The translations under genes were made by a program, and so were the position numbers. The notes beneath the pieces are model-generated. The model saw only the letters and a list, made by a program, of their open reading frames with translations. It was not told the DNA's origin and did no database searches. Positions 25,386 to 38,656 of a stretch of DNA of 64,000 nucleotides are shown in pieces. Every line of letters starts with the position of its first letter. The first letter of the stretch is position 1. Source of the stretch: Octopus bimaculoides (lineage: Eukaryota); contig NC_068998.1 in assembly GCF_001194135.2 (NCBI RefSeq), positions 18,467,894 to 18,531,893 of the forward strand, in the 5' to 3' direction.

Positions 25386-25808
25386 AGGTATCGTTTTGGT
25401 AGTTTGTTGGAATATTGATTGTTGGTTTGTGTATAGTTCATGGAGAGTTTGTTGAACTGTTCCATTGTTGTTACCCTACTTTATTATATATTTTATTGTT
25501 ACTACGCGGTTATAGTGTAAACAAGTATTGTCATAAATAGTGGTGATACTACAATAATTGGCAATGAATAACTATATTACAATAGTTGGTTTGTTTACAT
25601 CCCCTTAAGTTAGCAGTTTGACAAAAGACACCAAAACAATAACTGCCAAACTTAAAAGTACTAAGGTCAGTTTGTTTGACTAAAACCGTTAAAAGTGCAT
25701 GACTTGAAACAGGTAAAAGATAAAGGATTCAAAGAGACACACAAACATTTAAGTTTCCACATTTGTACAACCCACCCACACACACACACATGTATACACA
25801 CACATATA

Positions 25809-27119
25809 CAGGGTGGGGCAGAAAGTACGGACATTTTTGAAAAATTCACAAAATCATTAATTTTAGCTGCAAACAAATTTTATTGACATCAATGTGTTCG
25901 TATTGAATTAGCATTTGTCAAAATCAAGTGTAGAAAACAACATCCACCATGTGGTATCCGTTTTCGTTGATGCATTTCTGAAGGCATTCTTGGAAGTTGG
26001 CATTCACTCCCTCCAGCATTGCTCTGTCAATTTGGGTTCATGAATAGCTTCCTTCAAATCATCCAATGTATGGGGCTTATGCACATACATACGTACCCTG
26101 GGGTTTCCTCACAAGAAATAATCACACATGNNNNNNNNNNNNNNNNNNNNNNNNNNNNNNNNNNNNNNNNNNNNNNNNNNNNNNNNNNNNNNNNNNNNNN
26201 NNNNNNNNNNNNNNNNNNNNNNNNNNNNNNNNNNNNNNNNNNNNNNNNNNNNNNNNNNNNNNNNNNNNNNNNNNNNNNNNNNNNNNNNNNNNNNNNNNNN
26301 NNNNNNNNNNNNNNNNNNNNNNTTATCATCTTGATGTAACGCTCGGAGTGCACAGTAACAGCATTTCTATTATTTTCTTCAAAAAAGCAAGTACCAATGA
26401 TGGCAGCTTTCCTAACAGCACACCAGACTGTCACTTTTGGGCTGTGCAGTGGTCTTTCATGCAGTTCTCTTGGATTTTCCAGAGCCCAATAACAACAATT
26501 CTGTTGATTCACCATGCCATTGAGATGAAAATGAGCTTCATCACTCATTAACAAAATGAGGTTGTCATTTGCCTCAAAAATTGCTTCCATCTCACATGCA
26601 AAGTTAAGCTGCAGTGCATAGTCCCATGGTTTCAACTGCTGCCCAATGGAAATGCAGGTCTTCATGCAAAATATGCCTTACTGATCGATTACTGATGCCA
26701 AGTTAATGGAATGCCTCCAAGCAGACTGATTTGGACTCTGTATCAAAGCTTGTCTGATGCGTTCCACATTTTCCGGGGTCCATACCATTCATGGCGCCCC
26801 TATTCATTAATTTACCTCGTGTACAAAGTGCATTCACCCAACATAAGATTGTGTTATGGGTGAGAACAGCCTGATTTCGGTGAATGTTGAAGTGGCACCG
26901 AAACTCACGCTGAACTGCTGTGACAGACTCATTATTCTTCACATAACTGTTGCAGGCAAACACACAATGCTCTATCATCCATAGCACCATGGCTTCATCT
27001 GAAAGGAAAAAAAATGCTAAGACACCACAGACCAAATGGTACCTGTCAGACATATCTCCTTTCCCCTGGGGGTGAGTAATAGCCATTTCAGAAACATCTA
27101 TCCTCTCTGCCCCACCCTA
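25809..27119 (-). mobile_element. Tc1/mariner-superfamily DNA transposon, full span, transposase pseudogenised
   Basis: TA|CAGGGTGGGGCAGA ... TCTGCCCCACCCT(A)|TA inverted termini. Minus-strand fragments read SYVKNNESVTAVQREFRCHFNI (HTH) and LMSDEAHFHLNGMVNQQNCCYWALENPRELHERPLHSPKVTVWCAV (first catalytic D), with frameshifts and a gap. Confidence 0.88.
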
Positions 27120-27440
27120 TATATATACACATATATACATATATGTGTGTGTGTGTGTGCATGTGTGTTTGTACATTGAAACAAATATAAAAATATTATC
27201 ATCTACATCACTGCAAAATATTCAAATATGTTTTCACATCACCTATACAAACAGGCAGATTTGGTGGATGAACAAAAGTCATTTTTCATCCAAATCTTTG
27301 GCCATTCCTAAAAATACTCTTGCAATAAAGATTAATAAAACATATATTATCTTCACTAAACCCCGTCCAATGACATCAGCTACAAGAGGACATGAGGAGT
27401 AACAGCCAACATTTCACTCTCCATAACCCACTCTTTACAC

Positions 27441-27620
27441 ATGAATGAGGTTAGCTGTTTCTTTTTGATAATGTCCAGAAGGCCTGTAATTATATGTGTG
27501 TGTGTGTCTGTCTGTGTGTGTGTGTGTGTGTGTCTGTCTCTGTGTGTGTGTGTGTGTGTGTGGTGTCTGTGTGTGTGTGTGTGTGCATGTGCATGTGTAT
27601 ATATATGCACATGCACACAA
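27441..27620 (+). repeat. Compound (TG)n/(TCTG) microsatellite
   Basis: Directly visible; source of the HT/CV-rich spurious ORFs. Confidence 0.9.
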
Positions 27621-27713
27621 TTGAAAAGATGTATAGGGTATTTTTCATCTGTTAATATCTATTGCAAATATTTTGCTTGTTTCCCTGCTTTTATTATTGT
27701 TAGCCAATGAAAG

Positions 27714-28415
27714 GCAGTAAGCTGGTAGAATTGTTAGCATGCCAAGCAAGATGCTTAGCAGCATTTGATTTCAGCTTTACACCTTCAGTTCAAATTCCAG
27801 AGGTTGACTTTGTCTTTCATCCTTTCGGGTTCAATAAAATAAGTGCCAGTTCTGCATGGGGGGAGGGGTCGATGCAATAGACATACCCCCTCCCCAAAAT
27901 TGTTGGCCTTGTACCAAATTTTAAAACCATTATTATTAGCCAACTGAAGGTGGCAAGTTGGCAGAATCATTAGCATGCTGAGCAAAACACTTAGTGGGAT
28001 TTCATCTGTCTTTATGTTCTGACTTCAGATTCAGACAAGGTCAACTTTGCCTTTCATTCTTTCAGGGTCAATAAGATGAGTACCAGTTGAGAACTGGGGT
28101 CAATATAATCAACTTACCCTCTCCCTCGAAAATGCTGTCCTTGCACCAAAATTTGAAACCAACATCTGTTGGTTTCAAACATTACAATGGGTAAGTAGAG
28201 GTAGCAAGCAGACAGAATTGTTAGCATGCCAGGCAAAATGCTCAGTAGCAGCTCATCCATCTTAACATTCTGAGTTCAAATTTTGCCAAGATAGACTCTG
28301 CCTTTCATCCTTTTGGGGTCAATAAAATAAGTACCAGTTGAGCACTAAGGTCGATGTAATTGACTAAACCTCTCCCCCAAAATCGCTGGTCTTGTGCCAA
28401 AATTTGAAACCAATA
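27714..28415 (+). mobile_element. Three co-oriented SINE family B copies
   Basis: Heads AGGCAGTAAGCTGG (27714), AAGGTGGCAAGTTGG (27947) and AGGTAGCAAGCAG (28198). Each ends in ...GTRCCAAAATTTGAAACC. Confidence 0.8.
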
Positions 28416-29177
28416 CCTCTTGCAAATACTACACAAGTAAGTGATGAGCACAGATTCCATTTCAATATTTTCCCATTCCTTGTAGCATGGCTTTCCATCT
28501 ATATGCAAATAGGCAATTCAAGAAAGAAACTAAGAGTCGTGTAGACTGAGGAATATTTCCTTTATATCATTTCTCACCAGGATATAACTTCACTGAATTG
28601 GTGGTATTTTAATCTCTTCTTGGTCATCATCTTTATGTTAACATTTCCTATTTTATTTCTATTTTACTCGCCAGACCTGACATTCTGTTATATGTTTCAT
28701 CTTTGTATATATTTTACTTCAGTCATTAGACTGTGGCCATGCTGGGGCACCTCCTTGAAGAATGTCTTTTTTAGTTGAATGAATCAACCCCAATAATGTT
28801 TATATTATATGAATCGGTTATATGGTATGTAACTGTATAAAGCTGCAGTATTGAATTCCTCCCATGAGCCTTTCACTTATCAACCTCAATAAATCATTTG
28901 ATAATAAATTTTATTATTTTTCATTTGAGGTTAGATTAACCTTTCAGAGTAATAGCATAGTTGAGATAACTAGTTTAGTTAAGAGGTCAATCACCTAGAG
29001 ACAATTATCACAACCAAGAATACAAGTGGGTCATATCTGGGAGTAGCAGAAACATGTTTAGAAAGAGTTGAAGGAGTGGAAAAGTGCTGAGAAAAGTGGA
29101 AAATGACATGTAGTTTGGTGAGTCAGAAACAATGATTGAATTAAATATTGCCACAGAAATATAAAATTTAATAGACA

Positions 29178-29725
29178 TTGCACCAGGCTCCAATCTGATC
29201 TGGCAGAGTTTCTACAGCTGGATGCCCTTCCTAACGCCAACCACTCCGAGAGTGTAGTGGGTGCTTTTACGTGCCACTGGCACGAGGGCCAGTCACACGG
29301 TACTGGCAACGGCCACGCTTAAAAAGGTGTTTTTTTTCACGTGCCACCTGCACAGGAGACAGTCCAGCAGCACTGGCAACGACCTCACTCGAATGATTTT
29401 CTAATGTGCTNNNNNNNNNNNNNNNNNNNNNNNNNNNNNNNNNNNNNNNNNNNNNNNNNNNNNNNNNNNNNNNNNNNNNNNNNNNNNNNNNNNNNNNNNN
29501 NNNNNNNNNNNNNNNNNNNNNNNNNNNNNNNNNNNNNNNNNNNNNNNNNNNNNNNNNNNNNNNNNNNNNNNNNNNNNNNNNNNNNNNNNNNNNNNNNNNN
29601 NNNNNNNNTAGAAACTCTGCCAGATCAGATTGGAGCCTGGTGCAGCCTTCTGACTTGCCAGTCCTCAGTCAAATCGTCCAACCCATGCCAGCATGGAAAG
29701 TGGACATTAAATGATGATGATGAAT
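29178..29725. mobile_element. Inverted pair of SINE family C pieces flanking a gap
   Basis: 29178-29410 is minus-oriented and 29610-29725 is plus-oriented with a (GAT)n tail. Confidence 0.7.
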
Positions 29726-30240
29726 AACAGAACACAACAGCTAATGTTGATTTACAAAGATACACAACTACAACTTTTTCTATAAAGCTGTAGAAAAAGT
29801 GATTCTAAAGGATCCAGGCACAAACTGAAACAGAACATTTGAATGTAATTTTCAATCCCACTGAGAATTTTAAGCTTTTGCATTTAAACTGGCCATATCT
29901 GGCCCAAATATTCTGCCTGTTTTATATTCAAATTGGCCAAATCTGGCATTTCATACCTATCCTACAATGTCATTCTAAAAATATACTATCGCATCATCAA
30001 AATCTCAAAGCTACAGGATAATACAAGATCAATTCAAAACATCATCATCATTTAAAGTCCACTTTCCATGCTGGCATGGGTTAGACGGTTTGACATGGAG
30101 CTGGCTAACAGGAAGCTGTCCAGATTCCAGCTGTCTGTTGGGGCATGGTTTCTTTGGCTGGATGCCTTTCCTAATGTCAACCACTTAACAGTGTGTTGGG
30201 TGCTTTTTATATGCTATTCATTTGACAAAGTAATCTGAAC

Positions 30241-30271
<31 letters not shown>

Positions 30272-30649
30272 TGTATGTATGAATGTATGCAAGTGAATAG
30301 ATATCCAAAAAGTAACTAAAATCAAAATCTAGAAGTATATCAATATATAAAATATGCTAGGTCTCTTTGTATATACACACACACACACACACTCACATTT
30401 ATTTGTGAGCAACACTTTAGCATTTGAAGCTGTTGAATTCATTCCAATTTACAAGTTTTATTTTTTCTAAATCATTCGCCACAAACTGGAGTTTGTTTAT
30501 TTTTTGCATTTGTCTGATAATGCTTAATGGAATAGTTTCCTAATTTTCAAACAGCATTTCTACTCTCATGCTATAACAGCATCTGTATTTAGTTTTTCTG
30601 TATGTCTCTTGTAACTGAAAATTCATTCAAATTTTATCTAGGTAAAAAA

Positions 30650-31030
30650 AGACTCCCTTCGGTCATGAATGACCACAGGATTGCACCTAAAAAGTTCCCC
30701 TCTGAGACACAAGTTCAGGGAGGGTTGTTTGTGGAAGACCAGCAGTCACTCATGCATGTCAGTCTCCCCTCTCCATCACTGGCACAGCCATAACAACGAC
30801 TTCACTTGGCTTGATGAGTCTTCTCAAGTACAGCAAATCGCCAAAATTCATGATTGCTTGTCATCACCTCCGATCATGCTTCACCACCTCATCCCATGTC
30901 TTCCTGGGTTTACCTCTTCTGCAGGTTCCCTCCATAGAAATCATGCCATGGAGCCTGAACAGTCATTCAACTAGTCAGCTTCTGTCAAACTGTCCAACCC
31001 ATGACAGTGTAAAGAACGGATATTAAATGT
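30650..31030. mobile_element. SINE D fragment followed by an RTE C-terminal remnant and SINE C tail
   Basis: The reverse complement of about 30860-30915 reads GKPRKTWDEVVKHD, a typical RTE ORF end. Confidence 0.6.
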
Positions 31031-31034
31031 TGAT

Positions 31035-31400
31035 AACTCTTTTACTTGTTTCAGTCATTTGACTGTGGCCATGCTGGAGCACCGCCTTTTAGTCGAGCAA
31101 ATCGACCCCAGGACTTATTCTTTGTAAGCCTAGTACTTATTCTATCGGTCTCTTTTGCCGAACCGCTATGTTACAGGGACGTAAACACACCAGCATTGGT
31201 TGTCAAGCGACGTTGGGTGGGACAAACACAGACACACAGACATGATATATATATATAGATGAGCTTCTTTCAGTTTCCGTCTACAAAATCCACTCACAAG
31301 GCTTTGGTCAGCTCGAGGCTATAGTGGAAGACACTTGCCCAAGGTGCCACGCAGTGGGACTGAACCCAGAACCATGTGGTTTGTTAGCAAGCTACTTACC
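31035..31400 (-). mobile_element. SINE family A copy
   Basis: Nearly full length, with retained CpGs. Confidence 0.85.
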
Positions 31401-32239
31401 ACACACCCACTCCTATGCCTGATGATGATATTATATGGATGATAATATTTTCAGCCAAGAAGTTCCAATTGTATCTGATTTTTAAAGTGCTTCAGTTCTG
31501 CGGCTATACATATATTTACTCAATTACAGACATTTATCAATAGTTTCTCCCATTGTTTTGATGCACCATTTTCTATTATTTATAAAACTATCAGCATTTA
31601 GATAAATAACAAAACACAATCAAAACAAACTCACGACTGTCTGCATCAGAATCATTGTTTCTCTTTCCCCAATGAAAGATTTGTGCTTGAAATGGAATTT
31701 CCCATTCACAACAGCTACAATCTTAAATAATTTTACAACTAAATAATAGATGTTTTAATAAGATCATTGCAATTCAGCTCTCTCCATTTTGAGTTCATAT
31801 TCTGCTGAGCTAGAGTACCAGTCAAATACTTGGGTCAATACAATCGACCTGCCCCCTATCCCCCAACACACTGGCCAAGTACCAAAATATGAAAGAATTA
31901 TTGTTCTTGTTGCTACTGCTGCTGTTATCAGCATTGTTAGAGCCGTTTTTGTGAAAGATTAGAAATTAAGAGCTTTGTAACAGTGTAGCAATGCATGGGG
32001 AATAACTCTTCAATCCTTTTCACAAACTCCACTGTCCTAATTGCTATGTTAAGAGCAAGAAAAACTGAAGCCCTATCTTAATTTTTAATTAGAGACCAGG
32101 ACTAATTTTTGTGAGAGAAAAATTAGCATTATTATCTTCATTACAACTGCCATTGTATCATCATCATCCTCACTAACACTATGTTTTATAACTTCCATTT
32201 GTTACATATTATTATTATTCATTTATGTTTTTTATTTTT

Positions 32240-32452
32240 AAGGTGGCAAGCTGACAGAAGTGTTAGCATGCCAGGTGAAATGCTTTGCAGCACCGTGTCT
32301 GTCTGCATGTTATGAGTTCAAATTCTGCCAAGTCGACTTCGCCTTTCATCTTTCCGGGGTCGATAAATTAAGTACCAGTGAAACACTGGGGTCAATGTAA
32401 TTGACTAGTCTCCTCCCCTAAAATTTCAGGCCTTGTGCCTTTAGACGAAAGG

Positions 32453-32487
<35 letters not shown>

Positions 32488-32952
32488 CATCATCATATTA
32501 AGGCAGGAAGCTGGTAGAATCATTAGCATGCTGGGCAAAATGCTTAGCAGCATTCTGTCCATCTTTATGTTCTGAGCTCAAATTCCACCACGGTCAACTT
32601 TGCCTTTCATCTTTATGGGGTTAATAAAATAATTTCCATTCAAACAATGTAATTGACTTACCCCCACCCCTAACTTGCAGGCCTTGTGCCAAAATTTGAA
32701 ACCATTATTATTATTAAGATGGTGAGCAGGCAGAATCATTAGCATGCTGGGCAAAATGCATAGAAGCATTTTCTCTGTCTTTGCATTCTGAGCCTAAATT
32801 CTGCCAAGGTCAACTTTGCCTTTCATCCTTTAGGGATCAGTAAAATAAGTACCAGTTTGAACACTGAATTTGATGTAACCAACTTAACCCCTTCCCTGAA
32901 ATCAGTGGGCTTGTGCCAAAATCTGAAATTACTACTACTACTACTACTACTG

Positions 32953-32993
<41 letters not shown>

Positions 32994-33013
32994 NNNNNNN
33001 NNNACTACTACTA

Positions 33014-33048
<35 letters not shown>

Positions 33049-33265
33049 ACTACTACTACTAAAGCAGTGAGCTAGCAGAATCATTAGCATGCCAGGAAAA
33101 AATGCTCAGTGGCATTTTGTCTGTCAATATGGTTTGAGTTCAAATTCTACCAAGGTTGACTTTGCCTCTCATCCTAGTACCAGTTCTGTGCTGGGGTTGA
33201 TGTAATTGACTAACTCCTCTCCACAAAAATTTCAGGCCTTGTGTCTATTATACAAAGGATTATGC
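32240..33265 (+). mobile_element. Four co-oriented SINE family B copies joined by (ATT)n and (CTA)n(CTG)n tracts
   Basis: Heads at about 32240, 32499, 32716 and 33061, each directly after a trinucleotide tract. Confidence 0.82.
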
Positions 33266-34047
33266 CAGTATAGAAAACAGACATTTGATGATGATAGTAG
33301 TGGTGGCAGCGGCGTTGGTGGTGGCAGTGGTGATGATGATGGTGGTGATGATGATGGCTTGCTTACACAAACATTGTAATTATGTGCAAAACAGAGCATT
33401 CATAATTACAAAAGATATAATTACAAAATTTCATTCACACTACAAACTAATTTCTCACACAAAGACAAGAGTAGCTTAATTCTTACAAAGGGAGACATAA
33501 TCAACTAAATCAATGCCAGCCTAACATTATTCTTTACTTATTGATTCTTTGAAAAGAGATTAAAAATCAAAGTTAATCCTGTTATGATTTGAGCTTAAAC
33601 CAATGTAAACAAACACAAATACTGCATAATGCTTAATTTGGTAGACTTCTATCTCAGCTATATTCTTGGTCTTAGGTTCAAAATATTTCCAATCAATAAA
33701 AATGTCACTTTTTTTTTTGTTTGATGTTAGACATTATAAACAATTTCAGAAAATGCAAGTAATAAGCCCATCAACATTACTCAAACCATAAATCTACAGC
33801 TTGCTGATTGCCCATATTAGCAGTTACACAACATAGCTCTTGTCAATTCTCCTCAAATAAGATATATTTAGGCACAGACATGGCTGTGTGGTTTAGAAGT
33901 TTGCTTCCCAACCATATGGTCTTGGGTTCAGTCCCACTGCACAGTAAGTACCTTGGGCAATTGTCTTCTACTATAGCCCCAAGCTGACCAAAGCCTTCTG
34001 AGTGGATTTGGCTGACAGGAACTGAAAAAAAGCCTGTCATATAAAGG

Positions 34048-34086
<39 letters not shown>

Positions 34087-34849
34087 CACCTTGACTTGGC
34101 ATTATGATGATTATAAATGAGTATCACCATCATACAAGCAATGTTGTTCGTTTCCAATCTTCCATGAAGAACATGCCTGGCCATGAGGAAATATTATCTC
34201 ACTTGGAAACAGATAAGAGTTAGCAACACGAAGGGCCTTCAGCCATAAAAAAATCTGCCTCAACAAATTCCATCTAACTCTTGCAGTGAGTATTAAAGGA
34301 TGACAATGACAATTATGATGATGATGATGATGGTGATAACAAAGTCACATAGCTATAGGGGAGATGATATTAGGTTTTGCAATACTCATATAGTTCTCCA
34401 AGAACAATAATGGCATAAATGAAATTATATGGATGCAGTCAGCAATTGAAACTAGATCATAGTCTTCAGGCTGCCAGGCGCTCACCTAAAGAGCCAAACA
34501 TTATAACCAGCAGTTAGATTGAAGACTATGGAATCCATCACTTTTTGTAAGGTCTTCAAAAGTTTTAAGTAGTTCAGACCAAGTCATAGCATTCTATTGG
34601 AACTTTGCCAAGTTCTTTGTCTTCAGAACTGTACTGATATGGTAATTCTTTCCTTCCCCTCCAATTATTAACCTGCAAGACTTCAAATTAAATATTAACA
34701 ACACAACTATCAGTTATTTCTATCTTTCTTTGTGAGGACATCTGAAAAAATAGACACGGCAACCTCACACCTTCAAACTAATGTCTATGAGAAAAGTTAT
34801 TAAACAGATGTGAACAACTATGGAATTTATAGGCGCAAACATGGCATAG

Positions 34850-35300
34850 GCGCGGGCATGGCATAGGCATAGCATAGGTGCAAACGTGGTTGTATGGTAA
34901 GAAGCTTGCTTCCCAACCACATGGTTCTGAGTTCAGTCTCAGTGCATGGCACCTTGGGTAAGTGTCTTCCACTATATCCTCGGTTGACCAAAGCTTTGTG
35001 AGTGTGGATTTTGTAGATAGAAACTGAAAGAAGCCCATCATATATATGTGTGTGTGTATGTGTGTGTGTGTGCGTGTGTGTGTCTTTGTGTCTGTGTTTG
35101 TCCCCCACCACCACTTTTCAACTGGTGTTCGTGTGTTTACATCCCTATAACTTAACGTTTTGGCAAAAAGAGACCAACAGAATAAGTACTAGGCATAAAA
35201 AAATTAAGTCCTGAGGTTGATTTGTTCAACTAAAGCCCTTAAGGAGGTGCCCCAGCATGGCCGCAGTCACATGATTGAAACAAGTAAAAAGTAAAAGATT
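34850..35300 (+). mobile_element. SINE family A copy with reiterated 5' head
   Basis: Preceded by repeated AGGCGC..GGCAT units at 34830-34880. Confidence 0.8.
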
Positions 35301-36367
35301 AACTATGTAAAAATAAGCAGAAACCAAATTTGCAGCAGGGCCAGGATTTCACTAAATAAATTGTCTGGGCCAGTCTTCAATTACTAAAAGTTATATCTAT
35401 ACATCATCATCATCTTCATGGTGAAAATAAAATAATTATGAAAGTAAAATAAGAACCTATACATTTATATTTACACTAAATAACCTGCAATTAATTAATT
35501 AACTACTGCTAGACTATAATTAAATCTGCCTACAATTAATTCCAATGTTAAATTTTTTTAAAGACGTACATGAATATTTCCTTTCTCCCTCTCTTTCTGT
35601 TATTTATTTGATCAACCTCAATGTTAAGCAGACTTTACATAAGATAATGATTATGATGATGATGATGATAAATCTCTTCTTTATTGTTGACCACTATCAA
35701 TATAGCCATCATCATCAACAACAACAACAATTTGAGTTCTACTCTTACTTGGTAGTACAGTTTGAATTGGCCCACAGTGTAGCTCCTTTCTATCTTGACC
35801 CAGAACCATATCATGCAAGAGGCCTAGATTGCAGTTTTCTGCAATATTCTGCAATATTAAGGTGGCAGGCTGGCAGAAACGTTAGCATGCCAGGTGAAAT
35901 GCTTAGCGGTATTTCATCTGTCTTTACATTCTGAGTTCAAATTCTGCCGAGGTTGACTTTGCCTTCCAAGAAGTAGTGGTGGTTTGAAACAGTTTAATGA
36001 TCATCGTCATCATCATCATCATCATCATCATTTAATGTCTGTTTTTTCCATGCTAGCATTGATTGGGCGGTTGGACAGGAGCTGGCAAGTCAGGAGATTG
36101 CACCAAGTTCAACTGTCTGCTTTCATATAGTTTCTAGGGCAGGATGCCCTTCCGGCACCAGCACCAGTGAGGTCACCAAATAACTTACAAGACAAGACAC
36201 CTTCAACTGTGGAGGTGATGAGAAGTTAAGAGTATAGGTAGAGGGACAGAAGTAGGCATCTTGCAGTAGAAGAGACACATGGCTACTTCAATAGGAGAGA
36301 GGGAGGTGGGGAGAAAGAGAAAGATGAGAACACTTATTTAAATTCATAAAAATCAAAAACTACTTAC

Positions 36368-36474
36368 TCTTTTTCTCATCAGTAGAAGGTGGAATGTAAC
36401 TGCTGGTAAATACAATGAATTCTAAGCTTTTATTTATGCTTAGAGTACTCAGTAAAGGTTTCCAGTCATTTAAC
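36368..36474 (-). CDS. CEP78: CEP78 coding exon 2
   Basis: tttctgttttattag|G...A|gtaagt; 107 nt, phase 2 to 1. Encodes LNDWKPLLSTLSINKSLEFIVFTSSYIPPSTDEKK (cf. human GVDWAPLLSTLKINKDL). Confidence 0.92.
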
Positions 36475-37315
36475 CTAATAAAACAGAAACAAAATTATTT
36501 TTCAAATTATTTCTTTTAAGTGAGAAAAAGTCAATCAAATTTACCTTAAATTTCAAAGGGGATTTGAAGGTGCCAGTAAGTTTGGATTATTGTGTAGAAC
36601 GGAAATGTATGGAATGGAAAAAATTCAGTCAAACACTGACTCAGATGATTGGGTATGGGTGTCTGGACACTGACGATTTGGCATGGGTTTGACTCTGTTT
36701 TGTTGACAGTACATATTCACACTGGATCAAATACAAACACACACAGATAGAGAAGGAGGGAGAGAAAAGGACATTGTTCTCTTTCCTCATATATACAAAG
36801 AGAAATAATCTCACACACAAACAGAGAGCATGGCAGTAGGGTGGTGAGACAATCATTCAAACAAGAGAAACATTAAAAACACCTGATGTCAAATAAGTCA
36901 GTGTCAAATCTACAATGTCAAATAGGCAGCACCAAAATGGCTGTGCCAAAATGTCTCATGTTCACAGCCAAAAATCCTTCCTCTCTCTCTCTCGCCCTCT
37001 CAGGGAAAGGCATGTATTTACCTCTTCAGCAAGACACCCGTCCCTGACCTTCTATTATACTTTCAGCTCCTTCAATACTATCTATATCTCACTCAGTTAA
37101 GGGCTGTCTTGTCTTGCAAGTACTTGCTAACCTCACTAGTGCTGGTGCCATGAAAAAAAAATACCTAGTACACTCTGTAAATCAGTAAGCATCAGGGAGG
37201 GCATCCAGCTGTAGAAACCATGCCAAAGCAGACATTGGGGTATGATGCAACCCTCTGTCTGATTGGTTCCTGTCCAACTGTCCAATCCATACCAGCATGG
37301 AAAAAGGGACATTAA

Positions 37316-37354
<39 letters not shown>

Positions 37355-37466
37355 GTGATATGTAATGCTTACACATCATAATGACAAGTAGAAAACTGCT
37401 AGGAAGATAGCATTTCTGTTAGTTATTAACAATATTGATGAAGTCAATGTCGTCATCTAAATAACA

Positions 37467-37770
37467 TTAACCCTTTTGACACCAACCTGCCTGAGAATGC
37501 CTTGGTTCTACAATGCATACTTCCTGTTTTAATGTGATCTAAATCAAAACCTTGCATCAAAATTTCATGTTAGTTTATGTTCCAAGCACCAGCTTAATAA
37601 CAAAATTATTACACTAATTTCTTCATTATTTTTAAAATTAAATGAAACAAAACTAGTGTACGTCAAGAGAAATATGGTAACAAAAGGATTAAAATAGTCA
37701 ATAGCATCATTTTCTAAAAAAGAAAAAAACATTGCTAATGTTGTATATGATGTCAGTGAAACTCCTGCAG
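37467..37770. mobile_element. Second TTAA MITE family (left end TTAACCCTTTTGACACC), right end unclear
   Basis: TTAA plus a CCCTTT terminus at 37467; no clear matching right TIR. Confidence 0.45.
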
Positions 37771-38055
37771 TTAACCCATTACCTCCCATAATTCTATTAA
37801 CTGGAATTTTTTTATGAAACTTTGATTTCTAGCATAAAACAGCCTTAGAAACACGCTAGAATGATTAAAATAACATTTTAAATAGAAATAAGCGAGAAAT
37901 TGGGTGAAAAATTAGCAAACCTCATTTGAATATCAGAGGAATATACCTAGTAGATATAGCAAAAAGATTAGATATGCGTAAATATTGACAGATAATTACG
38001 AAATTTGTAATTTTTAAGTGATCTCATATGAGATCACTGATAGGTAATGGGTTAA
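37771..38055. mobile_element. 277-bp TTAA MITE with CCCATTACCT TIRs
   Basis: TTAA|CCCATTACCT (37771) ... AGGTAATGGG|TTAA (38055): perfect 10-bp TIR plus TTAA duplication. Confidence 0.8.
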
Positions 38056-38656
38056 TTATGAAACCCACTCCAACCTACCATCCTGTCTTTTTGATTAAAT
38101 GGTTGACAAATGCACCCAGCCTATAAAATAAACTAAACATTAGTAACTATTCTTTGATGAAGACATACTGGAATACTCTTACTTAGTTGTGTGTGTACAC
38201 AAGCTTCACAACCCAAGCATGCAAGTTGTGCAACCAGTATGCAAATGAAAGTAAACCTATGCAACCACTACACCAGATAAATTACACAAAAAATGCATTT
38301 GTTGGACATTCATCACAGTAAATGACTTAACAGTATATTGACTAAGCTGTATTTTCATACCTATTTTTTTTTAACACTTAAACAATATTTAGTAATTATA
38401 CATACTAAATTATCTTTATATTTTTAGATTTACACGCAAGCTAGAATTCAATGTAGATAGCTATTGTGAAATTTCTACACATGTAGACTGATCAGAAATT
38501 ACAAATTACTGATACTTATACACAGACATGTCAGTATTGAAATTAAAGCAAACAAATATTTACATTATTTCTTTGAAGTCAGCTCTAGATTTTAGAACAA
38601 AGGTAAATGCAGAAATATTAATTAGAGTTTAAAAATAAAAACAAAAAAAAAATTAC

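Noticed and set aside
29178-29645. Perfect 35-nt inverted identity across the 29411-29609 gap as a functional hairpin
   Set aside because: It is between two copies of a high-copy SINE flanking a gap and may be a scaffolding or collapse artefact.
31635-31738. Exon-like segment in CEP78 intron 2 with a strong GTGAGT donor
   Set aside because: Both candidate acceptors give lengths (80 or 104 nt) that break the exon 2-exon 3 frame, and there is no homology. It could only be a poison exon, for which there is no evidence.
32857-33075. Poly-Leu/Thr/Ala ORF suggesting a triplet-expansion protein
   Set aside because: It is a compound (CTA)n(CTG)n tract between SINE copies and contains a gap.
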